Assembly: GCF_006345805.1 (NCBI RefSeq)
Contig: NC_043011.1
Span: 54,572,464 to 54,636,463 of the forward strand
Direction of reading: 5' to 3'
Source: Octopus sinensis
Lineage: Eukaryota
Length of the DNA stretch: 64,000 nt
In this document: in pieces, positions 13,690 to 25,847 of the stretch
Layout: every line of letters starts with the position of its first letter
Numbering within the stretch: position 1 is the first letter of the stretch
Made by a program: the position numbers and the translations under genes
Notes under the pieces: model-generated
Databases searched by the model: none
The model's input: the letters and a program-made list of their open reading frames with translations, nothing else
Told to the model about the DNA's origin: nothing

Positions 13690-14090
13690 TAGGTAGCTTG
13701 TTTACCAACCACATGGTTCCGGGTTCAGTCCCAATGCGTGGCACCTTGGGCAAGTGTCTTCTACTATAGCCTCGGGCCGACCAAAGCCTTGTGAATGGAT
13801 TTGGTAGACGGAAACTGAAAGAAGCCCATCGTATATATGTATATATATATATATGCTTGTGTGTGTGTTTGTGTGTTTGTGTGTCTGTGTTTTTCCCCCT
13901 AGCATTGCTTGACAACCGATGCTGGTGTGCTTATGTCCCCGTTACTTAGCGGTTCGGCAAAAAAGACCGATAGAATAAGTACTGGGCTTACAAAAGAATA
14001 AGTCCCGGGGTCGAGTTGCTCGATTAAAGGCGGTGCTCCAGCATGGCCGCAGTCAAATGACTGAAACAAGTAAAAGAGAGAGTAAAAGAG
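13690..14090 (+). mobile_element. SINE family A (CORE-like ccttgggcaagt, internal microsatellite)
   Basis: Homologous copies or parts lie at 14310, 17297, 20252, 25945, 28178, 29866, 32625, 33395, 37752, 38998, 52420, 56478 and 59835. Confidence 0.85.
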
Positions 14091-14208
14091 TATATATATA
14101 TATATATATATATGTATAGGGAGAATTCACAAAAAAGACAAAAGACGAAGACAGGTTGTGTAGACATCAAACAGATGTATTAGTTTAATGCTCGGGAAGT
14201 GAAAAAGT

Positions 14209-14244
14209 CTTTAACGTTTCGAGCCTACGCTCTTCCATGGAAAG
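14209..14244 (-). ncRNA. Degenerate hammerhead-like motif, repeat family F
   Basis: Reverse complement reads cttt CCATGGA A GAGC gtag GCTC GAAA CG TT aaag. The core is decayed. Same family at 36200, 48159 and 48745. Confidence 0.4.
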
Positions 14245-14764
14245 AAACAAGGAGAGAAACAAGGAGAGAAAACAAAGAATGTGTAGTGGCTAGCAATCTT
14301 TCACAATGGGTTTCTTTCAGTTTCCATCTACCATATCCACTCACAAGGTTTTGTTCGGCATGAGGCTATAATAGAAGATACTTGCCCAATGTGCCATGCA
14401 GTGGGACTGAACTCAGAACCATGTGGCTGGGAATAAGCTTCTTACCACATGGCCACACCTGCTGTATTTATTTTTATTGCCATTGATTAGCAAATGCTGT
14501 CTGAGCAACAATGGGCAACAGTCAATGAGTCCTCTCCATATCTGTATTTCTGGAAAGTAGACATGCTGGCTGAATCATTAGAATGCCAGACAAAATGTTT
14601 CTTCAGGCTTTACATTCTGAGTTCTAATTCTGCTGAGGTCAGCATTACATTTCATCCTTTCGGGGTCGATAAAATAAGTGCTAGTTGAGCACTGGAGACC
14701 ACGTAATTGTCTTTCCTAAAATTGCTGGCCTTAGGAATGAGAACCCAGATTTGAAATTTCCCAA

Positions 14765-14810
14765 GACACCTGATGAAGGCTGGAGGGTATATCATCCGAA
14801 ACGTTGTGTT
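14765..14810 (+). ncRNA. Minimal type-I hammerhead ribozyme motif
   Basis: gacac CTGATGA A GGCTG-gagggtatat-CATCC GAAA CG TT gtgtt. Stem I has 5 bp including one G.U, and stem II has one mismatch. Confidence 0.65.
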
Positions 14811-14879
14811 AACAAATAAGATGAGGACAAATATACGTCAAATGTAAATAAAGTAAACAATACGTTTTACTTCCCATAA

Positions 14880-15770
14880 AACTGAGGCCATCAACTTCCC
14901 TACAAATGAAATGGCCTTTGTTTTTTTTTGGAGTAGGTGAGAAGAGGTGTTTTGCTGCATTGGTTGTTTCTTTCTCTCTGGCTCAAAGGGATGAAGCTAA
15001 TGCCCATTCTGAGTTAGAAAATGATCAAGGAAACCAGTTAGATCTGCCTCAAAAAATATCAAATTTTTCCATGACGTGATCTGCCTGATGCACTTTTGAT
15101 CAGGTGTTAGAAGACGTGGCACCCGCCAAGCAGAAGCCATCGTCATGCCAACTTCATTGTACAGAATATTCTTAACTCTCTCACAAGATACACCAATAGT
15201 ATTGGCTGCTTGATTTATAGTCAGTTACCTGTTATCCATCAGTACATGGTGAACATGATCAATGTTTTCCTCAGTGGTGGCAATTACAAGATGTCCAGAA
15301 CTTGGGCCATTTTCAAGACCCTCCCATCCTCTCCAAAATTCAGCTGATCGTTTTAGCATCGCTGATAAATCTGAACCATCATCATCATCATCATCGTTTT
15401 CCATGCTAGCATGGGTTGGATGATTTGACCGAGGTCTGGCGAACCAGATGGCTGCACCAGACTCCAATCTTGATCTGGCAGAGTTTCTACAGCTGGATGC
15501 CCTTCCATGTCTGCATGAATGTCCTTGGAAGTTAAACCCCATTCCTGTGGGTACTTGATAACGCCACAATGCCAAACTTTGTCCATTTTCAAGAGAAATC
15601 ACAACTAGCTACTTTTCAAGTCTTTTTGGAACCATTAGATGTCAGTTTACCTGGAAAGAAACAATGTGGTTCTTAATAAGGAGAATTGAAATTAATGTAC
15701 TCAAGATTTCACAACTCATCATCACTCCTTCATAGTTATCCTATGAACTTTTCAGCCCAACTTTTTTATT
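14880..15770 (-). pseudogene. Mariner transposase N-terminal relic interrupted by a SINE E fragment (15378-15505)
   Basis: MDKVWHCGVIKY...SKDIHADM joins ...SAEFWRGWEGLENGPSSGHLVIATTEENIDHVHHVLMDNR, a typical mariner HTH region. Confidence 0.75.
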
Positions 15771-15858
15771 AGTATTTATTATTTATTTTTTATTTCATCT
15801 AGTTTCAGCTCACGAGCTGTGGCCATGCTGGGGCACTGCCATTAAAAAAACAGTAAGT

Positions 15859-15932
15859 CGTCCCTGGGTAGGCTTGAACCACCAACCTTTTGGTTGACAG
15901 CAGAACATGCTAACCGATTGCGCCATGCAGTT
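15859..15932 (-). pseudogene. tRNA-Asn(GTT)-derived pseudogene, anticodon now GTC
   Basis: Reverse complement tggcgcaatcggttagcatgttctgctgtcaaccaaaaggttggtggttcaagcctacccagggacg matches the metazoan tRNA-Asn pattern. A T7 run follows 8 nt downstream. The acceptor 5' strand is degenerate. Confidence 0.85.
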
Positions 15933-16982
15933 CATGTCAGGATGTTGCAGGTTTTAATGTCTATGGAATGGATAAACTACTTAAGAATCCCAAATGTTTC
16001 TATGAATATTGGTACTGCAGTTGCATCATGGGATATTGCCAAATTTTTCATTTTTTTTCTTTTTTTTTAGTCAGACATATTCCTTGGTTAGTTTATTCTA
16101 GTTCACTGTGCCTTTATATGAATGATATATTTTCTCCAATGCCCAAATATTTGTAGCACTTGTTGTACTGAACAGGGAAGATAGGGAGAGACTATTGATG
16201 CTAATGTTTTGCATTTGGAAAAACAGTTTTTCCATGAGCAATAGTCAAATATGGTCATTTGTTTTGGCCAAGTTCCAAATCTATATCAGCAGAAAATGTT
16301 GTTACTAAATGTAACATTGTAAATATTTTTAAGTATAGACCTTCAGATTATCCACAATGAAGTTAAGGTTACATTAGGGTTAGTTCCACTTGTTGTTGTA
16401 GACCCTAGCACTTAACCAACCAATGGATTTTTATGAAAGAACTAACAGTAGATTTAGTGCCAAAATAAACAGAACTACAGACAAACTTTCTGCTTGGAAT
16501 ATTCCCTTTGAAATATTTATTATGCCGGAAACAGACAAGTACATGTGTATATATGTTTGTGTATGTGTATATACATATGCATAAATATGCATGTGTGTAT
16601 ACATATATATGTGAGTATGCATATATGTATGCATGCATATATGTATGTATGTATGCATGTATGTGTATATGTTTGTTTGTATGTATGTATACATGTACAT
16701 ATGCTTGCATGTGTATATGTATACTTGCATGTTCTATTCTGTTTTGAATTATTCAAATTCCTTCTTTGAGGAAGGAGATGGTTTCTAACAAAGATACGAA
16801 GCTCCATCTTTGGAATATAGATAACGAAAACAGTGTCACATTTCAAACTTGAGAAAAGTCTTGCATATTTCTACTGTTCCACTTACAGACTATATTTATA
16901 ATGTGTGAATCAGTTGGTTGATTTCTTTTTCTGAAAATCCAAGCTTATCCAGATTGTCAGATAGGCAATGTATGTACGTATG

Positions 16983-17815
16983 CAGTAATCTCTCAACTTT
17001 TGCGAGTATTACATTCCAAATCCCCCAGCAGTAGGTGAAAATCTGCAAAGTGGAAACAGTACTGTAAATCTTTATTATTATTCTTATAATTTGTATATAT
17101 TTATTTTAATATAAACGCAAAACAACACTACCGAGGAATCGACATAAGTTTAAATAATAAACCGCGATAGGTTAACCACAATATGACAAGGGATTAGAGT
17201 ATATATGTATATACAGTAATCCCTCGACTGTTGCAAGTATTACATTCCAAAACCCTCAGTGATTGGTGAAAATCTGCTAAGTAGAAACAGTACTGTACTC
17301 TTTTACTCTTTTACTTGTTTCAGTCATTTGACTGCGGCCATGCTGGAGCACCGTCTTTAGTCGAGCAAATCGACCCTGGGACTTATTCTTTGTAAGCCCA
17401 GTACTTATTCTATCGGTCTCTTTTGCCGAACCGCTAAGTGACAGGGACATAAACACACCAGCATCGGTTTTCAAGCAATGCTAGGGGGACAAACACACAC
17501 ACACACAAACACACACGACAGGCTTCTTTCAGTTTCCGTCTACCAAATCCACTCACAAGGCATTGGTCAGCCCGATGCTATAGCAGAAGACACTTGCCCA
17601 AGATGCCACGCAGTGGGACTGAACCCGGAACCATGTGGTTGGTAAGCTAGCTAGTTACCACACAGCCACACCTGCGCCTATGTATATTTTAAAAAAATTT
17701 TATAATTTGTATATATTTATTTTATTACGAATGCAAAACAACACCACGGAGGGATCGACATAAGCTTAACTAATAAACTGCAATAAGTAAACCGCAACAT
17801 GACAAGGGATTACTG
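16983..17815. mobile_element. Two tandem TA-flanked MITEs (cagtaatccctcg...gggattactg), the second interrupted by SINE A (17297-17680, -)
   Basis: 16983-17200 is homologous to 17215-17295 plus 17681-17815. The TIRs are Tc1/pogo-like. Confidence 0.7.
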
Positions 17816-18042
17816 TATATACTCTGAAATGTTTGTATTGAAGCTTCTGGTACGAGTGCCAAGCAGTACAGCATGTTTCCAAATTTCTGGTGAGTGAATT
17901 ATGTCATGGTGCTGATTTTCTCACAGACTGTGCCCAACTGACCCTACTATACTGTGAAGTCAGCAAAATCAAAAACAAGCAATGTGCATGAGCAAAATTT
18001 AGAATATGAAAGGGATGGCGACAATTTACCCATTGCCCCCTG

Positions 18043-18084
<42 letters not shown>

Positions 18085-18099
18085 CGTACATACATGCAT

Positions 18100-18141
<42 letters not shown>

Positions 18142-18147
<6 letters not shown>

Positions 18148-18410
18148 ACAAACTTTGGAAGTGTCGAATGTGTTGGTATTTTACGGACAAGAAAGTAAAT
18201 TTTGAAAGCAATAAAATGTAAAAACAGCATCGAAAGATCATGCATTTTACTCTTAGAAGATGGAAAAAGTTGCCAGCAGGCTCCAGGAGAACATTTTTCT
18301 GCATTTTAAGGGCAAAATACCCAATTTCTCTCTGCTGTTTACACAGTTATACTGCATTAAAAATTTACTTTCTTACCAACACACTCAGTACTTCTAAAAT
18401 TTGTTTATAA
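18142..18410. mobile_element. MITE-like element with ~50-bp imperfect terminal inverted repeats
   Basis: ttataaacaaactttggaagtgtcgaatgtgttggta...agaaagtaaatttt pairs with aaaatttactttcttaccaacacactcagtacttctaaaatttgtttataa. Confidence 0.6.
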
Positions 18411-18549
18411 AATATGTATACACAGACACAACAGAAGTAAATAGACATCCCATAAAACATCATTTTATGTTTATTTTAATATGAAAAGGTTTATATTTTG
18501 TATTATTTGACATTTTTGTGTTTCAGGTTCTATATGTGGCTGTTTAATC

Positions 18550-19800
18550 ATGCCACAGCCAAAAGAGGCCTTGAAACTGTCCGAATTTCAAAGAGGCTGT
18601 AATGTGGGTCAATCTGAAGGTGGACTTAGTCAATGTAAAATTGCAGAAAGCATTGAGATCCCATTTTCTACAGTTAATAGAATGATTGTGCAATTCACCA
18701 GAGAGGAGAAGGAGTCCACATCACCTTGGCCAGGTCGATCAGGAGCCTCTGACAGGACCCTTCTCTTTGTTAAGAGAAGTGTGGAGGATAGTCATCATTG
18801 CAAGGCCTCTGACATAGCAAAACATATTGATATCAGTCAGAGAACAGCTATCAGGTATCTCCACAAACTTGGCTACTATGGCAGAGCAGCAAGAAAGAAG
18901 CCACTTCTTCAACCAGCCAATATGAAGTGGAGAAAAGATTGGGCCAGTGAGATGGTGGAGAAGTCACTAGCATTTTGGAATACTGTCATATTCTCTGATA
19001 AATCCAGATTTACTGTATTTTCTGACAGTGGTCGAGTGTGGGTCTGTAGAATCTGTGATCTAGAAATTGATGTGGAATGGTGGCTATTCTGTGATGGTCT
19101 GGGGAGCAATTTGGAGCAATGGTCAATCAGAGCTGGTGGAGTGTGAGGGAAACATAAACTCAGATAAATATAAGGCGGCGAACTGGCAGAAACGTTAGCA
19201 CGCCGGGCGAAATACATAGCCGTATTTCGTCTGTCGTTACGTTCTGAGTTCAAATTCCACTGAGGTCGACTTTGCCTTTCATCCTTTCAGGGTCGATAAA
19301 TTAAGTACCAGTTACGCACTGGGGTCGATGTAATCGACTTAATCCGTTTGCATGTCCTTGTTTGTCCCCTCTATGTTTAGCCCCTTGTGGGTAATAAACA
19401 GATAATAAACTCAGATAAATATGCATCCATATTGCAGAAAGGACTCCTTCCAATCTTCTCCAGTAGTGAAATGATTAAAGAAGACTCTCTATTTATGGAA
19501 GATGGAACTCTTTGTCACATGGCTAAAAAGACCCAAGATCGGTTGGAAGAGAATAGTATTAGAAAGCTTCTATGGCCAAGCCAGTCACCAGATATGAACC
19601 CTATTGAGCACCTCTGGGGCATAATGGACAGGACACTTCATATAAAGAACAAGAAAGCATCTTCAAATGCCAGATCTTTTGAGATTACTGCATGAAACAT
19701 AGCATGAAATTTATTAAGAGAATATTCATCATCTGATCAGTAGCATGCCTAATAGGGTCCTTACACTGAAAAGTTCAAAGGGCATGTCTACTAAATATTA
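18550..19800 (+). pseudogene. Tc1 transposase, frameshifted and SINE-interrupted
   Basis: HTH region, GRAARKKPLL, VIFSDKSRF, FMEDG...WPSQSPDMNPIEHLWG. I count 34 residues between the second D and the E. Confidence 0.92.
19172..19404 (+). mobile_element. SINE family B with 18-bp target-site duplication
   Basis: ataaactcagataaatat occurs at both 19154-19171 and 19405-19422. Confidence 0.92.
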
Positions 19801-20118
19801 GATATTCACATTATAATAATTAACAAATAATTTGAATGTATAATTTCAGATTTAAATAAATTTTAATGATTATGAGGGTGCCTATTTACTTCTGTTGTGT
19901 GTGTGTGTGTGTATTAATTATTAGTGACAGAAGCAGTATTAGTATGGAAAGGTAATCTGTATATCCAACTTAACATAGATATCTTGTTACAACACTGAAT
20001 ACTGCATTATTAGCCTTGAACGACCCTCTCACATAGGTGCTTGGTGCATAAAAGCTCACTCATATAAAGACTACCTGAGGTGATGAGGGACAAACATAGA
20101 CACACACACACATATACA

Positions 20119-20164
<46 letters not shown>

Positions 20165-20201
20165 CACACACATATATATATATTTATATATATATATATA
20201 T

Positions 20202-20237
<36 letters not shown>

Positions 20238-20924
20238 TGTATATATGTACAGCAGGTTTCTTTCAGTTTCCATCTACCAAATCCATTCACAAGGCTTTGG
20301 TCAGCCCGAGGTTATAGTAGAAGACACTTACCCAAGGTGTCATGCAATGGTACTGAACCAGGAACCATGTGGTTGGGAAGCAAGCTTCTTACCACACAGC
20401 CATGCCTGTACCTATAAAAGATTTTTCTCAGTCTTGCACCAAAGACAGTGAAGATCGGTAACAACAACAAGAGCATTAACAAAAACAACAACAACAACAA
20501 CAGCCAACAGCAATAACAGACAACGGCAAGAGCATTATCAACAACAACAATTCCAGCAATGATGTAGAAAGAAGGATTGTTTTGGTTGAAATTATGCTAA
20601 AGTGTTGGTCATCTACTAGATTGGTAGTCATTGATCAATATAGATCAATATTGATTGGTGATTGGGGAATTGGTGGCTGATATAAATGGCATTTCAGTGC
20701 TGAAAAGATTGTGAAATCCAACATATTTGAAATAAAAGATATAGTAAGTGGGTGTAAGATACAGAGGAAGGAAACGGTGGAGGGGTGGGTATGAAGATGA
20801 GGTGGTTGGTGGGGTGAGCGTACAGGGATGCTTTGTGTGTATAGACTTTCAGATATTGGGTGAAGGTCACACAGGAGTGTAGTCACAAGATAGAGAGCAT
20901 CCTTATCAGAGTTCTGTTATCACT

Positions 20925-21140
20925 ATGTATAGACACCCCATAAAACATCGTTCTATGTTTATTTTAACATGTAGAGCTTCATGTTTTCTAATAATTAATA
21001 TTTTCATGCTTCAGGTTCTACATGTGACTGTTTAACCATTCCACATACAAAAGAAACCTTGGAACTATCCGAATTTCAAAGAGGCCGTATTGTGGGTCAA
21101 TCTGAAGGTGGACTTAGTCAGCGTAAAATTGCAGTAAACA
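20925..21140 (+). mobile_element. Truncated 5' portion of the same Tc1 family
   Basis: Aligns to about 18441-18648 (gaatttcaaagaggc...tgtgggtcaatctgaaggtggacttagtca). Confidence 0.85.
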
Positions 21141-22059
21141 ATTTAGCATTCAGATTTCTCTGTCAAATGTAATACTTATTTATTCACTTTGATCTGAAGT
21201 GATCATTCATTATCTTGTAGCCTTAAGATTTCAATAATATGATTGTTTATTTTTAGAATGGCATTGTTGGTAGGTGTGAAAGGCCTGATAGGGTCACTTT
21301 GAATGTAAAACAAGTAGAAGATTTGGGTTGGATATGGCCTGTTTGAATCATTCAGCTACACTGGTAGTTGAATAATATTCTTAAGGCCGCAATTTACACA
21401 CATGCAACACCTTTCAGAGCTTGTTGCCAATTCAGTTCTTAACCAAATTTAACACTGTTAACATTTTTGAAGAGGACTGGTCCCTATCTATATTTTGGCA
21501 TATAAAATTGAGATTTGAACCAGTAGGAAAAAGTTTACATCAAAATTTGTAGCAACCTTATAGGAGAGTAGCTAACACCAGTAATCAAGTTTAGATCTAA
21601 ATAACTTTTTTATTTTAAAAGCAAAATATATTTATCTTAGCTTCAATGAAAGAAGAAAGCATGAAGAATTTCATAGTTTTGTTCCCATGCAACAAAAAAT
21701 TTGTATCAAAAATGTTGTGAGGTAAAATATCATGAAAAAAATATGAGTAAGGCAAAAAATTGGATTTAAGCATAATTAACATTTTTATCTTAAAACAAAC
21801 TATATTTCAATTAAGCTTAAATGATAGAGATCAATTCGAGGAATTTCCTGGTATCAGTCTCATGCAAGGAATTTTTAAAAGAAAAAAGTGATGAGTGTTT
21901 GTTTCCCAAATTTGAGGATGATACATTTTATGAATATAGTTCTATAGGGGACTTTTGATATATGTCACCCATGTCATTGAGGTAAGGAAAAAATTATCAG
22001 CGACACTGCTAATTGACACATTTGACATTATTAATTAGCATAATAACATGGCCTGGAAA

Positions 22060-23290
22060 AATATGGATTACATGGGAAAATGCAAGCAAGGGAAATGATA
22101 TTTTAGGATTATAAACCTGGAAAATTACAGGACAAATCATTAGACTTGGAAAAAATCATGACAAGTTATTACATCTGATAAAGTACAGAACAAGAAAATT
22201 TTTACTTAAAATATTGCAACTAAGGACAAAATTTGAATAGTAAAAATTATTTGATATTAATTTACAAAGTAACATTATAATTAAAAAATGTACCATCATT
22301 TTGTTAAAATATTGACACACTAGAATACTTAAAAAATGAGAGCCAGAAGTACCAATGCAGCTAAAGTTTTATGCAAAGTAGAATAGTATATATGGTAGGC
22401 AAATTCTTTATATAGAAAATAGGCATTGGGTCAAGACTAAACATGTGAAGACTTGGCAATAACTTAGGCAATAACTCAAGCAAATTTTACTGTGAATTTG
22501 TTGTTATAAGTAGATTTTACTGTAATACATAATTAATTTTTGTATTATTCTATTTATTGTACTAACTAATTATGTACTACTATTTTTTTATAAGCTATTT
22601 TCAAATTGCTAATTATTAATTAATGATTAAAAAAATTAATTTTTTAAAGTGCAAAAAATATTTTAATTGAGCTATATTTTATTTTTAATGGAAGTATCAA
22701 GTAATAACAAATAGAAGTAACTTGTAATAGAATTTTTAGTTTTAATAAAAGCTAATATTTTCTAGATCTAAATATTTTATTTGAAATTTAATCCTTAGCT
22801 GCAATATTTTAAGTAAAAATTTCCACTTGAAATATATATGTTTTCAAAGGCGAATAGGCATCGACAGCTAGAAAGCCAGGCTACTCCAGACTGATGATGA
22901 GCAATGACTCTGAAACTAGTCTCTGGTTGCTGGCTTTGCTGGGTGGAGGTACTTATCTCCCCTTTGAAAACATAGGGACACAGGAAATATGTCAAGTCCA
23001 ATAGAAAACGGTTTTTCCTAGGGCTAAATAACAGTAGCATTCTTCCCTTTTATGGGACTGTCACATTAAGTTGACAACATACTATCACTTTATCGTGCTG
23101 CTATTGCATCAATCTCTTTGAGAGATTTAGAAATATATCATTTCTATTTTCAAAGATTTTCTTCTTCTGTTCTTTACCAGATGTAATAAGTTGTCGTGAA
23201 CTTTTCCAAGTGTAAAAACTTGTCCAGTAATTTTCCAGGTTTATAAACTTAAGAATATTATTTCACTTGCTTGCATTTTTCCCTGTAGTA
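22060..23290. mobile_element. Long-TIR non-autonomous element whose right TIR is interrupted by a hammerhead-bearing insert
   Basis: 22076-22198 is inversely homologous to 23160-23285, and 22198-22225 to 22794-22822. Confidence 0.7.
22872..22937 (+). ncRNA. Minimal type-I hammerhead ribozyme motif
   Basis: ccaga CTGATGA t GAG-caatga-CTC t GAAA CTAG TC tctgg, with outer stem aaagccag/ctggcttt and a GUC triplet. Confidence 0.75.
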
Positions 23291-23642
23291 CTAAATGATT
23301 AAGCAACAAGTGTGAAACAACACCATTGCTTCAAACAGTACATAATAAGGTTTGAGTGTCTTCTAAGGTTTCTTCTTGTTCTATGGCACACACTCTCACT
23401 CTCTCTCACACGTACACACACAAGCCTGAAATGAAGCTTTGTGATACTAATGGACATAATGTTTGATTTCAAGCTGATCTAACAGCTTATTAAAAAGAAG
23501 TCCTTTACATTGAGGTCACCAGCATTTGAGTTGTACTTCATGATGCATTATTCAGCTTTTGTCATTTGAACGAACACACACTAGACAGAAACTAGGAATA
23601 ACAAGGACATGACTCATCACTTTCAAGTGAATATAATGATTA

Positions 23643-23675
<33 letters not shown>

Positions 23676-23746
23676 GGTATATATTTCTGTGTACATTGTG
23701 CATGTATGTATATCTATATAAATATAAATATATGTGTATGTATAAT

Positions 23747-23798
<52 letters not shown>

Positions 23799-23811
23799 TA
23801 TATATATATAT

Positions 23812-23930
<119 letters not shown>

Positions 23931-23943
23931 ATTGAACCTCCAG

Positions 23944-24288
23944 AGTGAAGGTGCATGGCTCAGTGGTTAGAGCGTCGAGCTTATGATCGTGAGGTTGTGA
24001 GCTCGAATCCCGGACCGGGCTGCGTGTTGTGTTCTTGAGCAAGGCACTTTATTTCACGTTGCTCCAGTTCACTCAGCTGTAGAAATGAGTTGCGACGTCA
24101 CAGGTGCCAAGCTGTATTGGCCTTTGTCTTCCCTTGGATAACACTGGTGGCGTGGAGAGGGGAGGCTGGTATGCATGGGCGACTGCTGGTCTTCCATAAA
24201 CAACCTTGCCCGGACTTGTGTCTAGGAGGGTAACTTTCTAGGTGCAATCCCATGGTCATTCATGACCGAAAGGGGGTCTTTACCCCTT
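23944..24288 (+). mobile_element. tRNA-headed CORE-type SINE (family D) with 19-bp TSD
   Basis: A box tggctcagtgg, B-box-like gctcgaatcc, cttgagcaaggcact core. TSD tattgtattgaacctccag at 23925-23943 and 24289-24307. Confidence 0.9.
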
Positions 24289-24324
24289 TATTGTATTGAA
24301 CCTCCAGTTTTTTAATATGCTAGA

Positions 24325-24386
24325 CCACTAGTTTTAAATTGATGTTAATCAAATTAATATCCAATTTTCACCCTCATTTTAATTTC

Positions 24387-24457
<71 letters not shown>

Positions 24458-24785
24458 TGTTGTACCTGGGGAGAGTCATTCTCTTTGGTGCCTTATAATT
24501 TAACACACTCACTGGTAAAATTTTCACTTATTTCTTTTTTATTTTTTTATCTTTTTTATTTTTTATTTTTTTATTTTCTAAGTGGAAATTTTACCGGTGA
24601 GTTTGTTAAATTATAAGGCACCAAAAGAGAATGACTCTCCCCAGACACAACAGAATATGCTTCAACACACAAACTCACATAAAGAATCTTGCAAACCAAA
24701 TCCAAAAACGATATATATATAAATTTAAAATAATAAGGGTGAAAAATTAATTATTAATTTAATAAATATCAATTTAAAACCAGTG
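24325..24785. repeat. Nested inverted repeats
   Basis: 24457-24530 pairs with 24579-24653 (near perfect), inside 24325-24390 pairing with 24720-24785 (diverged). Confidence 0.8.
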
Positions 24786-24809
24786 TATATACAAAATATA
24801 CAGATTAAT

Positions 24810-24880
24810 ATCACAAACCTGTTTCGTTGTTACCACTTATGTAATCACTTACGTAGATGTCCACAACTCATCAGTGTGAT
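24810..24880 (-). ncRNA. Type-I hammerhead ribozyme motif with extended stem II
   Basis: Reverse complement reads atcaca CTGATGA GTTGT...ACAAC GAAA CAGG TT tgtgat, with inner hairpin tacgtaa-GTGA-ttacata. Confidence 0.8.
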
Positions 24881-25032
24881 CGTCATAGCAAAATATAATT
24901 TGCAGAACTGAAATTTGCTAAATTTTCTTGAGAACATTCCTTTTCTTAGTTGTAACACCATAGAGGGTTGACTTCTAGCATAAGGATGTCCAACTTAGTG
25001 GTCATCCATCTTATAAGTATATATATATATAT

Positions 25033-25570
25033 CTATTTTTTTACTACCCACAAAGGGCTAAACACAGAGGGGACAAACAAGGACAGACAAACGGATTAAG
25101 TCGATTACATCGACCCCAGTGCATAACTGGTACTTAATTTATCGCCCCCGAAAGGATGAAAGGCGAAGTCGACCATGGCGGAATTTGAACTCAGAACGTA
25201 GCGGCAGACGAAATACGGCTATGCATTTCGCCCGGTGTGCTAACGTTTCTGCCAGCTCGCCTTATATATATATATATATCACCGTGATCACCATGACCGA
25301 CCAGGCTATCAGATGTTGCTACACATGTATGTCTCACTGGTCACAATGCGCTTCGCATTGTTTTAGCCTTCAAATGACGCCACCTTGCTGACTAAGCGAG
25401 CAGGCCAACAGAAGAAAGAGTGAGAGAAAGTTGCAGTGAAAGAGTACAGCAGGGATCGCTACCATCCCCTGCTGGAGCTTCGTGGAGCTTTAGGTGTTTT
25501 TGCTCAATAAACACTCACATCCTACAACCGCAAGTCCGCTGCCCTAACCACTAGGCCATTGCGCCTCCAC
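25033..25570 (-). mobile_element. SINE B (25033-25263) adjacent to SINE C (25280-25570)
   Basis: Homologous to 19172-19404 and 41573-41853. Confidence 0.85.
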
Positions 25571-25802
25571 ATATATATATATATAATCAATAATAAATCT
25601 CTGAGTGAGGTATAAACAGTAGCTGCACAACATCGTGGAGTATATTTGCCACTTAAATGTGGCTAACCCTTAAGGGGTTGGTGCTACTGTAGCATGTAGC
25701 CCCAGGAGGACACCTCCTCCAGCTGGCTATTGACACACTTTCTGTGCCCTATCAGTATTTGCAAAGGGAAGCCATCCTTCCTATCTCCAATCTGACATGA
25801 TA

Positions 25803-25847
25803 CACACGGACCCGGGTTTCTGGTTATTGACCCGTCGTCAGCATGTG
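25803..25847 (-). ncRNA. Minimal type-I hammerhead ribozyme motif
   Basis: Reverse complement reads cacatg CTGACGA c GGGT-caata-ACCA GAAA CCCGGG TC cgtgtg. The closing pair of stem II is mismatched. Confidence 0.75.

Larger units (their letters stand above)
18421..19911 (+). mobile_element. Full-length inactive Tc1 DNA transposon (DD34E)
   Basis: TIRs cacagacacaacagaagtaaatagacatcccata / tatgagggtgcctatttacttctgttgtgtgtgtg with TA flanks. Encloses a transposase relic. Confidence 0.9.

Noticed and set aside
21820-21988. Candidate host exon ending at gag|gtaagg
   Set aside because: The long frame stops before the donor, there is no clear acceptor, and the peptide is not recognisable.
23950-24020. 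tRNA gene
   Set aside because: It is the tRNA-derived head of a SINE bounded by a TSD. The same applies to 40706, 41575 and 58605.
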